From NCBI RefSeq assembly GCF_009914755.1, contig NC_060933.1: a DNA stretch of 64,000 nt. One strand, written 5' to 3'. The position numbers and the translations under genes are program-made. Origin of the DNA: the human T2T-CHM13v2.0 reference genome, Homo sapiens. The notes under the pieces are model-generated. The model was given only the letters and a program-made list of their open reading frames with translations, did not search any database and was not told the origin of the DNA. Positions 12,253-27,805 of the stretch are shown one piece after another (position 1 is the stretch's first letter; every line of letters starts with the position of its first letter).

Positions 12253-14613
12253 CAGGCATACCTTGGAGATATTTGATTCTAGACGACCACAGTAAAGCAT
12301 ATTACATAAATATTTGATTTCTCAGTGCATAATAAAAATCATGTTTACACTATAGTTTATTAAATGTGCAATAGCATGTCTAAAAATGCAATATACATAT
12401 ATCATAATTAAAAAATACTTTATTGCTAAAAAATGCTAAGAATCCTCTAAGCCTTCAGTTACTTGTAATCTTTTTGCTGGTGGAGAATTTTGCCTTGATG
12501 TTGATGGGTGCTGATTGATCAGGGTTGTGGTTATTGAAGGCTGGGGTGGCTGTGGAAATGTCTTAAGAGAATAATAAAGTTTACCATATAGATTCATTCT
12601 TTCTTTCATGAATGGTTTCTCTGTAGCATGCAATGCTGTTTGACGGCATTTTGCCCATGGTAGAACTTCTTTCAAAATTGGAGTCAATCCTCTCAAACTC
12701 TGACACTGCTTTATGAACTAAGCTTATGTAATATTCTAATTCTTTTGTTATCATTTAAGCAATGTTCACAACATCTTCACCAGGGGAAGATTCCATCTCA
12801 AGAAATCACTTTCTTTGCTCATTCATAAGAAGCAACCCTTATCCACTCAAGTTTTATCATGAGATTGCAGTAATTCAGTCACACCTTCAGGCTCAACTTC
12901 CAATTCTATTTCTCTTGATATTTGTAACTCATCTGCAGTTACTTCCTCCGTTGAAGTCTTGAAACCCTCAAAGTCATCTATGAGAGTTGGAATCTTCTTC
13001 CAAACTCTGTTCATGTTGATATTTTGACCTCTTACCATAATTCACAAATGTTCTTAATGACATCTAGAAAGGCGAATCTTTTCTAGGAGGTTTTCAACTT
13101 ATTTTGCCTACATACATCAGAGAAATCATTATCTATGGCAGCTATAGCTTTACGAAATGTATTTCTTAAATAATAAGACTTCAAAGTTGAAATTACTCCT
13201 TGTTCCATGGACTGTAGAATGGACATTGTGTTAGTAGGCATGAGACAACATTAATCTCCCTGTATATCTCCATTAGAGTTCCTGAAGGACTAGGTTCACT
13301 GTCAATAGCAGTAACATTTTAAAAGAAATCTTTTTTTCTGAGGAGTAGGTGTCATCAGTGGGCTTAAAATATTCAGGAGACTATACTGTAAACAGATGTG
13401 CTGTCATCTTGGCCTTGTTCCATTGATAAGGGCACAGAGTAGATTTAGCACCATTCTTAAGGGCCCTAGGATTTTTGGAATGGTAAAGGCACATTGGCTT
13501 CAGCTTAAAGTCATCAGTTGCATTAGCCCCTGACAAGAGAATCATTGTATTTTTTAAAGTTTTGAAACCAGGGACTGACTTCCTCTCTTTAGCTATGAAA
13601 GTCCTAGATGGCATCTTCTTCTAATAGAAGGCTGTTTTATCACATTGAAAATCTGTTGTTTAGTGTAGTCACCTTCAATTATCTTAGCTAGATCTTCTGA
13701 ATAACTTGCTGCAGTTTCTACATCAGCACTTGCTGCTTCCCCTTGCACTTCTATGTTATGAAAATGCATTATTTCCTTAAACCTATGAACCAATCAGTGC
13801 TAGACTCAAACTCTTCTCCTGCAGCTTCCTCACTTCTCTCAGCCTTCACAGCATCGAAGACAGTTAGGGCCTTGTTTTAGATTAAGCTTCAGCTTAAGGG
13901 AATGATGTAGCTGGTTTGATCTATCCAGACCACTAAAACTTGCTCCATATCAGCAATAAGGCTATTTCACTTTCTTTTCATTGGTATGTTCACTAAAGTA
14001 GCACTTTTAATTTTTTTTCAAGAACTTTTCATTTGCATTTGCAACTTTGCTAACTGCTTGGTACAAGAGGCTTAGCTTTTGGCTTATCTCAGTTTTTGAC
14101 ATGCCTTCCTCCCTAAACTTAATCCTTTCTAGCTATTGATTTAAAGTGAGAGACTTGTATCCTTTTTTCTCACTTGAACACTTGTTCGCCACCACAGGCA
14201 TATTAATTGGCCTAATTTCAATACTGTTGTGTCTCAGGGAATAGGGAAGCCCAAGAAAAGGGTGAAAGACAGAGGAATGGTTGGTCAGTGGAGCAGTCAG
14301 AACACATACAATATTTACAGGTTAAGTTCTCCATCTTATCTGGGTGAGGTTCATGGCACACCAAAATAATTACAATAGGAACATCAAAGATCACTGACCA
14401 CAGATCACCACAACAGGTATAATATCGATGAACAATCTTAAAGTATGTGAGAATTACCAAAATGTGACATAGGGACACAAGTAAGCACATGCTATTAGAA
14501 AAATGGTATCAATAGACTTGCTCGAGGCAGGGCTGCCACAAATTTTCAATTGGTAAAAAATGAAATATCTGTGAAGTACAATACAGCAAAGCACAATAAA
14601 ACAAGGCATCCTG
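12253..14613 (-). mobile_element. Tigger1 (TcMar-Tigger/pogo) DNA transposon, full length, transposase disrupted
   Basis: TA|CAGGCATACCTTG ... CAAGGCATCCTG|TA terminal inverted repeats with TA TSD; ~2.36 kb; minus-strand fragments [18 protein letters not shown]...[13 protein letters not shown] and [13 protein letters not shown] match Tigger1/TIGD1-type transposase. Confidence 0.95.
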
Positions 14614-14953
14614 TATCTACCACATTTTATTTATCCATACTTCCACATATGGACATGTGGGTGGTTTCTAGCTTTTAGATATTGTGAATAATGCTGCTGT
14701 GAACACTGATATACACATATCCATTGAAATCCCTGATATCAATACTTTTGGGCATATATTTGAAATTGCTAAATCATGGTGCATTTGATGGATTTTCATA
14801 TATTGAACCAGCTTTGCCTTTCATAAATAAATCTGGTGTATAATATTAATATGCTGTTGAAGTCAGTTTGTTCATATTTTATTGAAGCTTTTAAATTTTT
14901 TATATCAATTTTCAAAAGGGATATTAATCTGTAGTTTTCTTTGTCTTGTAGCA

Positions 14954-15267
14954 TTTTTTTTTTTTTTTTTTTTTTTTGTGAGACAGGGTCTCCCTTTGTC
15001 ATCCAGGCTGGAGTGCAGTGGCACAATCTTGGCTTATTGCAGCCCTGACCTTCTGGGCTCAAGCAATCCTCCCGCCTCAGCCCCTCAAGTAGTTGAGACT
15101 ATAGGTATGCACCACCATGCCCAATTTTTTTTTTTTTTTTTTTTTTTTGTAGGAACAAAGTTTCACTATGTTGGCCAGGCTGGTCTCAAACTCCTGAGTT
15201 CAAGTGATCTGCCCAACTTGGCTTCCCATAGTGCTAGAATTACAGGCATGAGTCAACACAATTGGCC
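14954..15267 (-). mobile_element. AluJ-type SINE
   Basis: Poly(T), antisense Alu body, AGCATTTTT on both flanks. Confidence 0.9.
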
Positions 15268-15642
15268 AGCATTTTTGTCTGGCTTCACCATCAGAGTAAA
15301 GCTGGCCTCATAGTATTAGTTAAAAAGCTATTTTCTCCTCTTTAAGTTTTTAGAAGAAATTGATTGAGAAGAGCTGACATTAAGTTACTATGTAGCATCC
15401 TTCCATTTCAATATGAAAGACTTCTTTTTTGTCATTTCTTGTAAAGCAGATCTGGTGGTTATGAACATGTCAACTTTTGCTTATCTGAAAATGTACTTAA
15501 TTTTTCCCTCATTATGGTGGACAGTTTTGCTGGACATAGAATTATCAGTTCACAGTTTTTTTTTTTTTCTTGTAACACTTTAAATATACCAGCCCACCAA
15601 TTCTGGATTCCAAAGTTTCTACCTGATAAATCAGTTGATAAT

Positions 15643-16013
15643 TGTATTAGTCCATTCTCACGCTGCTATAAAAAACTGCCCGAGACTGGTTAATTTATAA
15701 AGAAAAGAGTTAAATTGACTCACAATTCCACATGGCTAGGGAAGCCTCAAGAAACTTATAATCATGGTGGAAGGGGAAGGAAACACATCCTTCTTCACAT
15801 GATGTCAAGGAGAATTGATGAGTAAAAGGGGAAAAAGTCCCTTATAAAACCATCAGATCTCGTGAGGACTCACTTACCATCATGAAAACAGTATGAGGGT
15901 AACTGCCCTCGTGATAAAATTGCCTCCCAAAGGGTCCCTCCCATGACTGGTGGGGATTATGGGAACTACAATTCAAGATGAGATTTGGGCAGGGATGCAG
16001 CCCAGTCTTATCA
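15643..16013 (-). mobile_element. THE1 MaLR solo LTR
   Basis: TGTATTAGTCCATTCTCACGCTGCTATAAA ... CTTATCA; perfect 5-bp TSD ATAAT (15638-15642 / 16014-16018). Confidence 0.92.
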
Positions 16014-18311
16014 ATAATCTTACTTATGACAACTTGCACATAATGAGTCACTTGTTGTTGCTGCTTGAAAGGTCCTCTCTTTGTGTCTTTCAACAGTTTG
16101 GTAACAATATGCTTCAGTGTACTATCTTTGGGTTTACCTTACAAAGCATTTAATGAGCTTCTTGGATGTATAGATTCATATCTATCATCAAATTTGGAGA
16201 TTTTAAGACATTATTTCTTCAAATAATCTCTTTGCCCTTTGTTCTCTCTCTTTGCCTTCTTGAACTCTCATAGTGCATGTGTTGGTCCTCTTGTGGTGTG
16301 CCACAGGCACTTTAATCTCTGATCTCTTTCTTCATTCTTTTTTCCAGGCTTTCTCAAGAAGGATTTCTGTGAATTTATTTTGTTCCCTTAAATAGATCAC
16401 GTTTTCTTATTTCTCTGCATGTCTTATGATTTATTGTCATTGTTGAAAATTGGGCATCTGGAAACAGCCACATCTTCCAGTTTTTGAAGACAGACTCTGT
16501 CTGGGACAGTATTTCACTGATTAGCTGGATTGGCTCTGAGTCTAGGGATCAGCTGAAGGTGGAAGGTTAAAGTGTTTTTGGAGTATGTGTCTTTCCTGGG
16601 TCTGAAAGTGGCCTTCTCAACTCTACCATATACATGACTTCTCTCACTGTCTTAATTTCCCAAAGAGTCTCACCCTAGATTTTCCTTGGGGCCTTAGATG
16701 GTCTATTCTATGTCTCCACTCTAATCTTTTATGAGAGATATCCTCAGGTATAAAGTCTCTCTGCAGCTTGTACAAGCATAGACTGACACTTTTACTACCC
16801 GAGATGTGAGTTATGAGTAACAGAAACCAGACCTTTAAGCAGCCCTCAGACAGTTTAGAACATTGCAAATAAGATCTCCACTCACCCCAGTTTGAGAGGG
16901 GGAATTGGTAACCAGGCTGCCACCTCTTCCAGGCCAAGACCATGATACACAAGAAGAGGGATTGGAATTTGGGCAAAGGCAGGTGAAAACACCACAGAAG
17001 TTCCCACCATTTGAAGGTAGCTTTCTCCTGATTGAGCACACATTCATTTGGTGTAAATCTTTTTTTCAGAGCTTTTAGAAGATTAGTTAACCCAGTTTCT
17101 AGTTATTCTTTGGTGTTTTTGGTATTTCCAAAGCTTGGAGATTCCTAGTCTGCCATTTGCTAATGTCACTGTTGTCAATTAGTCTTTCCATTGAACCTTT
17201 CAATGGGTCCTCCACATTCATTGATAATATGACAGAGACCATTCATTCTAACATGCCACCTATATACATTTCAAAAGTCCACAATGCTATTATTTTCCAT
17301 TCACATTCTACAGGCAGTTTCTACCATTCCACCAAAAATTACTCTCAAAGGCCACTTGATGACACAGAAAGAGCTTGGAGTTCTGAGTTCATCAGGATTT
17401 GGTTGTAATTTTTGTCCACAATTACTTGTTTTTATATCTTGGACCATCATCATAAGCTCTGCAAGTCTCAGTATAGTGAGTTATGTCGTTACTTCATCTG
17501 TAGTATAATCACTTTGCAAATTTGATTTAAAAACAAGAATAGGCCAAAAGCTAATTTCCTTCTAACTCATCCCTATAGATTAACTCAAAAGCCATCTTTC
17601 CCTTTTTCAAATGGTTTCTCCTATGGAAACCCGATAAGAACTTTTGTGCCTCCTTCAAATTGCTGTAGCACTTGTTGTCTGTATCATTTACATGTCAGAT
17701 GCCACTCTGTGCCTGGAAACAAAATTTTTCTCTTTGCTCATGTCTTGGCACCTTTTAAAGAATGTGTTCATCTGGAAAGAAAGTCATGCCTCTATCTGTT
17801 AATTTATCTGTTGCCTATTTATTGACTATTTTATAGACATCATATTAGGTTCTGATTACAGATGCAAGTGAAATATAGTTCTACCTCAGAAGCTTAGAGT
17901 CTTTGTGGAAAAAAAACCAGCTTATTCCTCAAATAGCTTTACATTTTCCAAAGAGAACACAGTTATTAGGTAGAATACATTCACGTATTACAGGTAAATA
18001 TATAAATACTTATTTGGTATGAAAACCCTGTTAATCACTTCTCTATTTTGAAAAAGGAAATTTATCTTTTCTCCTTGGTTTGCTCCTTGCTATCTGGGAT
18101 AAACTTCAGATATCAAGGAGCAAACCTAAAAAGGTTCAGAATGTTAGTTCAGAGAAGCATTGAGAAGTTATTATCTGGCACTTACACAACATGGTTGACA
18201 TGAAAATAGAGCTGGAAATCTCACAAAGTTAGGTGATCTTTCAAGAATTTCAATACGTCCTGCTGTCAGTTGGAAGACCTATAAGAATAGCCTCCTTTAT
18301 AACGCAGTTAA

Positions 18312-18955
18312 GGTGGGAGGCAGAACAAGATAGTGGAATAGAAAGCTCCACCGATTGTCTACCTCACAAGAACATGAAGTTAACAAGTGTCTACATGGAA
18401 AAAACACCTTCATAAGAGCCAAAAATCAAGTGAGCAATTTCATATCGCTGAAAGAGGCACTGAAGACATGGAAAAACCGGTTCTGAATTGCTGATGCCAC
18501 CCCTCCCCAACCCCAGCCAGCAGTGGCTTGGTGTTGGGAGCCTCTCTGGATGCTGGAGGAGGGAGAACACAGCAATTGTGAGGCATTGAACTTAGTGTTG
18601 CCTTGTTAGAGTAGAAAGGAAACCCCAACCAAACTCTGCTGACGTCTGCCCACAGAGGGAGCATTTAAAGCAGCCCTAGCCAGAGAGAAAAGCAGATCTC
18701 ATGGGTGGAACTTGAGTGCCTGCAAACCTCACTACTGAGGGCTAAAGCACTTTGTGTCTGCAAGTAAACTTGAAAGGCAGTCAAAGTTATGAGGACTGCA
18801 ACTTTTAGGTGAGTCCTAGTGCTGAACTAGGCCCAGAGCCATTGCACTGGGCAGGGCATGTGACCTACTGAGACACCAGCTGGGATGGCTAAGGAAGTAC
18901 AGGAATCACCCCTCCTCTAACCCCAGGCTGCACAGCTCCTGGTTCCAAAAGACAC
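18312..18955 (+). mobile_element. Older L1 5'UTR fragment (L1PB/L1MA-age), cut off at the younger L1
   Basis: GGGAGGCAGAACAAGATAGTGGAATAGAAAGCTCCACCGAT...CACCTTCATAAGAGCCAAAAATCAAG resembles old L1 5' ends. Confidence 0.6.
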
Positions 18956-19592
18956 ACTATTCAAAATAGCTTTTCTGCTCTGGTTTCTCCCCATCTTTGT
19001 GGTTTTATCTACCTTTGGTCTTTGATGTTGGTGACCTACGGATGGAGTTTTGGTGTAGATGTCCCTTTTGTTGATGTGGGTGCTATTCCTTTCTGTTTGT
19101 TAGTTTTCCTTCTAACAGTCAGGTCCCTCAGCTGCAGGTCTGTTTGAATTTGCTGGAGGCCACTTCAGACCCTGTTTTCTTGGGTATCACCAGCAGAGGC
19201 TGCAGAACAGCAAATATTGCAGAATAGCAAATATTGCTGCCTGATCCTTCCTCTGGAAGCTTTGTCCCAGAATGGCACCCACCTATATGAGGTGTCTGTT
19301 GGCCACTACTGGGAGGTGTCTCCCCATTAGGCTACCCAGGGGTCAGGGACCCACTGAGGAGGCAGTCTGTCCGTTCTCAGAGCTCAATCGCCGTGCTGGG
19401 AGAACCACTGCTGTCTTCAGGGCTGTCAGACAGGGATGTTTAAGTTTGCAGAAGCTGTCTTCTGCCTTTTGTTCAGCTATGCCCTGCCCACAGGGGTGGA
19501 GTCTATAGAGGCAGTAGGCTGTGCTGAGCTGTGGTGGCCTACACCCAGTTCGAGCTTCCTGGCCTCTTTGTTTATCTACTCAAGCCTCAGCA

Positions 19593-19961
19593 ATGGTAGA
19601 CACCCCTCCCCCAGCCAGGCTGCCATCTTGCAGTTTGATCTTAGACTGCTGCACTAGCAATGAGCAAGGCTCCCTGGGCGTGGGACCCGCTGAGCCAGGC
19701 ACAGGAGAGAATCTCCTTTCAGGCTTCAGAAGGTCAGTAATAACAAACTTTTCTGAGCTAAGGGAGCATGTTCAAACCCATCACAAGGAAGCTAAAAACC
19801 TTGAAAAAAGGTTAGACAAATGGCTAACTAGAATAAACAGTGTAGAGAAGACCTTAAATGACCTGATGGAGCTGAAAACCATAGCGCGAGAGCTTCATGA
19901 TGCATTGCACAAGCTTCAGTACATGATTCGGTCAAGTGGAAGAAAGGGTATCAGTGATTGA
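19593..19961 (+). CDS. Putative chimeric ORF: L1 ORF0 N-terminus (42 aa) fused in frame to ORF1p coiled-coil region (122 aa total)
   Basis: GCAATGG start; MVDTPPPARLPSCSLILDCCTSNEQGSLGVGPAEPGTGENLL (ORF0-like) then SGFRRSVITNFSELREH...NDLMELKT (ORF1); open frame seen in ORF track 19521-19961; expression unknown. Confidence 0.35.
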   Translation: MVDTPPPARLPSCSLILDCCTSNEQGSLGVGPAEPGTGENLLSGFRRSVITNFSELREHVQTHHKEAKNLEKRLDKWLTRINSVEKTLNDLMELKTIARELHDALHKLQYMIRSSGRKGISD

Positions 19962-20613
19962 AGATCAAATTAACGAAATGAAGTGAGAAAACAAGGTTAG
20001 AGAAAAAAGAGTAAAAAGAAATGAACAAAGCCTCCAAGAAATATGGGACTATGTGAAAAGACCAAATCCACGTATGATAGGTATACCTGAAAGTGATGGG
20101 GAGAATGGAACCAAGTTGCAAAACACTCTTCAGGATATTATCCAGGAGAACTTCCCCAACCTAGCAAGGCAGGCCAACATTCAAATTCAGGAAATACACA
20201 GAACACTACAAATATACTCCTTGAGAAGAGCAACCCCAAGACACACAATTGTCAGATTCACCAAGGTTGAAATGAAGGAAAAAATATCAAGGGCAGCCAG
20301 ACAGAAAGGTCGGGTTACCCACAAAGGGAAGCCCATCAGACTAACAGCAGATCTCTCAGCAGAAACCCTACAAGCCAGAAGAGAGTGGGGGCCAATATTC
20401 AACATTCTTAAAGAAAAGAATTTTCAAACCAGAATTTCATATCCAGCCAAACTAAGCTTCATAAGTGAAGGAGAAATAAAATACTTTACAGACAAGCAAA
20501 TGCTGAGAGATTTTGTCACCACCAGGCCTGCCCTAACAGAGCTCCTGAAGGAAGCACTAAACATAGAAAGGAACAACCGGTACCAGCCACTGCAAAAACA
20601 TGCCAAAATGTAA
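19721..20613 (+). pseudogene. L1 ORF1 (RNA-binding protein), N-terminally truncated and disrupted
   Basis: IGIPESDGENGTKL...ARREWGPIFNILKEKNFQTRISYPAKLSF; +1 frameshift near 19906 and TGA near 19984. Confidence 0.93.
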
Positions 20614-20676
20614 AGACTATCAAGGCTAGGAAGAAGTTGCATCAACTAATGAGCAAAATAACCAGCTAACATCATA

Positions 20677-24493
<3,817 letters not shown>

Positions 24494-24725
24494 ACAATGA
24501 GAACACATGGACACAGGAAGGGGAACATCACAATCCGGGGCCTGTTTTGCGGTGGGGGGAGGGGGGAGGGATAGCATTAGGACATATACCTAATGTTAAA
24601 TGACGAGTTAATGGGTACAGCACACCAACATGGCACATGTATACATATGTAACAAACCTGCACATTGTGTACATGTACCCTAAAACTTAAAGTGTAATAA
24701 TAATAAAAAAATTTAAAAAAAAAAA

Positions 24726-24930
24726 GAAGAGCAAGAAACATTAGTGCTTCTTCTCACTGCCATGTGAGGACACTGCAAGAAGGTGGCCGTCTTTAGGCCA
24801 TGAAAAGGGTTATCACAAGAAACGGAATCTGCTTTCATCTTGACTTCCCAGCCTCCAGAACGGTAGACAATAAATTTTGTTGAAGCCACGAGTCTATGTC
24901 ATTTTGTTATAGCAGCCCAAGCTGACTAAT
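24726..24930 (+). mobile_element. 3' part of MLT1A/MSTD-like MaLR LTR
   Basis: CTGCCATGTGAGGACACTGCAAGAAGGTGGCCGTCT...GACTTCCCAGCCTCCAGAAC...TTTTGTTATAGCAGCCCAAGCTGACTAA. Confidence 0.8.
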
Positions 24931-25705
24931 ATAGATAGGTAGGTAGGCAGATAGATAGATAGATAGATAGGTAGGTAGGCAGATAGATAGATAAATAGAT
25001 TGACAGATCGATCAATCTATGAAAAGATAGATAGCCAGACAGATGATAGAGTATATATATATATGTATGCTCTCTATCTATATATGCCTAAGGAACTCAA
25101 TCACGGAGTATATATTTGCTCTCTATGTATAGTTATAGATATATATATATACATATATACATTTACATGTAGGTATGTATATATATGTATATATACGTAT
25201 ATAGATATATACGTATATATGTATGTATATATACGTATATATGTATATAGATATATACGTATACATACACATCTATACGTATACGTATATATCTACATCT
25301 ATACGTATACGTATATATCTATATACGTATACGTATATATCTATATATTTATATGTATATATGTATATATATCTATATATGTATATACATACCTACATGT
25401 ATATGTATATATACATATATACATACCTACATGTATATGTATATATGTATATATGTATGCTCTCTCTATATATATCTATATATATCTGTAGATATATACA
25501 CTCATGGAGTATGTGTATATATATATGTATGCTCTCTATATAGCTATATATCTATATATGTGTATATATATGTATGCTCTCTATATATATATTTATATAC
25601 AGATATATAGATATATATAGATATACAGCTATATATATAGCTATATAGAGTATATATATACATATATAGATATATATATAGATAGAGAGCATATATACAC
25701 ACACA

Positions 25706-25750
<45 letters not shown>
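24930..25750. repeat. Compound microsatellite: (GATA/GGTA)n, degenerate (TA)n with TACGTA/TACATA variants, (CA)n
   Basis: Directly visible; ends in a (CA)n run ~25697-25750. Confidence 0.97.
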
Positions 25751-25753
<3 letters not shown>

Positions 25754-26677
25754 CCATGAGTAAGTTCCTTAGGCAGTTGTCCTCTGATTGCCTTTACCAG
25801 GCAATGCAAATAGAAGAACCCTATTTTAAAGGAAGCATAAAAATGCTTGCTTTTATGAAATGAACACATATAAAAATATGATAACTGAAAAAATGCACAG
25901 CTTTGCCTAGTGCCATGTTTATGAGATTAGCGCTGTAATAACAAAACCATCACAAAGAGACTAGTGGGCTCCTCCTGGCGCCCTGCTGCCTGATTCCTTT
26001 ACTCTCAGTTGTTTAGTATGGTTCCAGAGGGTCACAGTTCCTGCTCACTGGCTGCAGAAAATCACCTGCCTTCTGTAGTCAAAACTGCCTCTCAGAAGCA
26101 GGGTCAAAATCTGCTTTCCTCTAATAGTCCTGCACCCTGTCTCTACCATGCCTGGAATATTACCAGTGACAAATTTTAAAAAATCATATTTCTTGACATT
26201 TTTAAAAGGCCTTCAGTTATAATTCTGATGAGGCACATTTTTAAAGAATATGTGAGAGATATGAAGATGATTTTGATATTTATGTTTTGATTCACTTACA
26301 CAGCTAAAACTATTTCTAAACAAATAGAAATATTTTTCTATGTTTATTAAAATAATATATGAAGATGTTATCATTTGAATAATGCTAAAATTCAACCTTT
26401 CCTACTTTAGTTCCAAAGACAGTCTTCAACCACTTTGCTTTTACTCCCATAGTTCTAAACTTTATGCTTATTCTGCTCTATCGTGACATACCCATTTTAG
26501 AAAAGATTTCTACCACCCTAACATAAGGGAGGATGATATTACTCCCCCTCCCACTCATATTCCTCATCTCTTCCTTTCCAATATGTCATGTTCATTTCAT
26601 TGATTTTGCTGCTTTTGTTTATAACTTCATGTAATTTTACTAGTTTTATTGATGAGGGAAAGTGTTTGAAAGCATTG

Positions 26678-26681
<4 letters not shown>

Positions 26682-26715
<34 letters not shown>

Positions 26716-26994
26716 AGACAGAGTCTCGCTATGTCGCCTAGGCTGGAGTGCAGTGGTGCTATCTCGGCGCACTGCAAGCTCTCCTCCTGGATTCATGCGA
26801 TTCTCCTGCCTCAGCCTCCTGAGTAGCTGGGACTACAGGCGCCTGCCACCACGCCCGGCTAATTTTTTGTATTTTTAGTAGAGACGGGGTTTCACCGTGT
26901 TAGCCAGGATGTTCTCGATCTCCTGACCTCATGATCCGCCCGCCTCGGCCTCCCAAAGTGCTGGGATTACAGGCATGAGCCACCGCGCCTGGCC
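26682..26994 (-). mobile_element. AluY
   Basis: CACCGTGTTAGCCAGGATG and CTGCAAGCTC diagnostics; perfect 15-bp TSD AAAGCATTGGTTCTT. Confidence 0.95.
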
Positions 26995-27009
26995 AAAGCA
27001 TTGGTTCTT

Positions 27010-27220
27010 GAAGTAGACCTCTTGGTTTGAAATCCTTGTTCTTCAGCTTACCAGCTTTGCAACCCCAAGTAACTGATGGAGCCTTTCTATGGCTCTGTTT
27101 CCTCTCCTGTGTATCAGGGAAAAGGCTAATATCCCCTACATGTGATTGCTTGTAATGCTTAAGTGGAGCAATGCATTTGCAGACTTTAGCATCCAACATG
27201 TAGATGCTCTTAAATATTTT
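27010..27220 (+). mobile_element. MIR relic (target of the AluY)
   Basis: GGTTTGAAATCCTTG...CTTACCAGCTTTG...CTCTGTTTCCTCTCCTGTG. Confidence 0.55.
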
Positions 27221-27442
27221 CTATTATTATCAATTTCTTGTTTTATCAACATTCACTCTAATCTTATAACTTTATGCACAAAACTGTTTTCCCATGGCTC
27301 CTCTGTCTTTCCTTTCTCCTTGCACAACTCAACTCTGTCTATAATGTTTACTTTTGTTTGTCTGCCCTGTAAACATTTACATTTTGTCATGCACTGGCAG
27401 CAAAGTATCCCATGTTTTATCCATAAGTTGAATGTAAGGGTT

Positions 27443-27805
27443 TGATATAGTTTGGCTGTGTCTCCACCCAAATGTCTTCTTGAACTGTAGTTCCCACAAT
27501 TCCCACCTGCTGTGGGTGAGACCCCGTGGGAGGTAATAGAATCATGGGGGCGGGTCTTTCCTGTCCTGTCTCATGATAGTGAATAAGTCTCATGGAGTCT
27601 GATGGCTTTATAAAGAGGAGTTCCCCTGCACAAGTTCTGTCTTCCCTGCCACCATATAAGATGTGACTTGCTCCTGCTCGCCTTCCACCATGATTGTGAG
27701 ACCTCCCCAGCCATGTGGAATTGTGAGTCAATTAAACCACTTTTCTTTATAAATGACCCAATCTTGGGTATGTCTTTATCGGCAGTGTGAAAATGGAGTA
27801 ATACA
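27443..27805 (+). mobile_element. THE1B-like MaLR solo LTR
   Basis: TGATATAGTTTGGCTGTGTC ... GAGTAATACA; perfect TSD GGGTT. Confidence 0.93.

Larger units (their letters stand above)
14616..17160 (-). mobile_element. Old L1M fragments (ORF2, ORF1, 5' region) interrupted by an Alu and a THE1
   Basis: Antisense L1 phrases (ATTGTGAATAATGCTGCTGTGAACA; GGATATTAATCTGTAGTTTTCT; GACAGTTTTGCTGGACATAGAATT). Confidence 0.6.

Noticed and set aside
19201-19240. GCAGAACAGCAAATATT tandem duplication in the L1 5'UTR
   Set aside because: As recalled, a normal feature of L1PA5/6-age 5'UTRs, not locus-specific
25000-25869. Several Y/I/V/C-rich ORFs of 68-163 aa
   Set aside because: Artefacts of TA/CA microsatellite lacking stop codons
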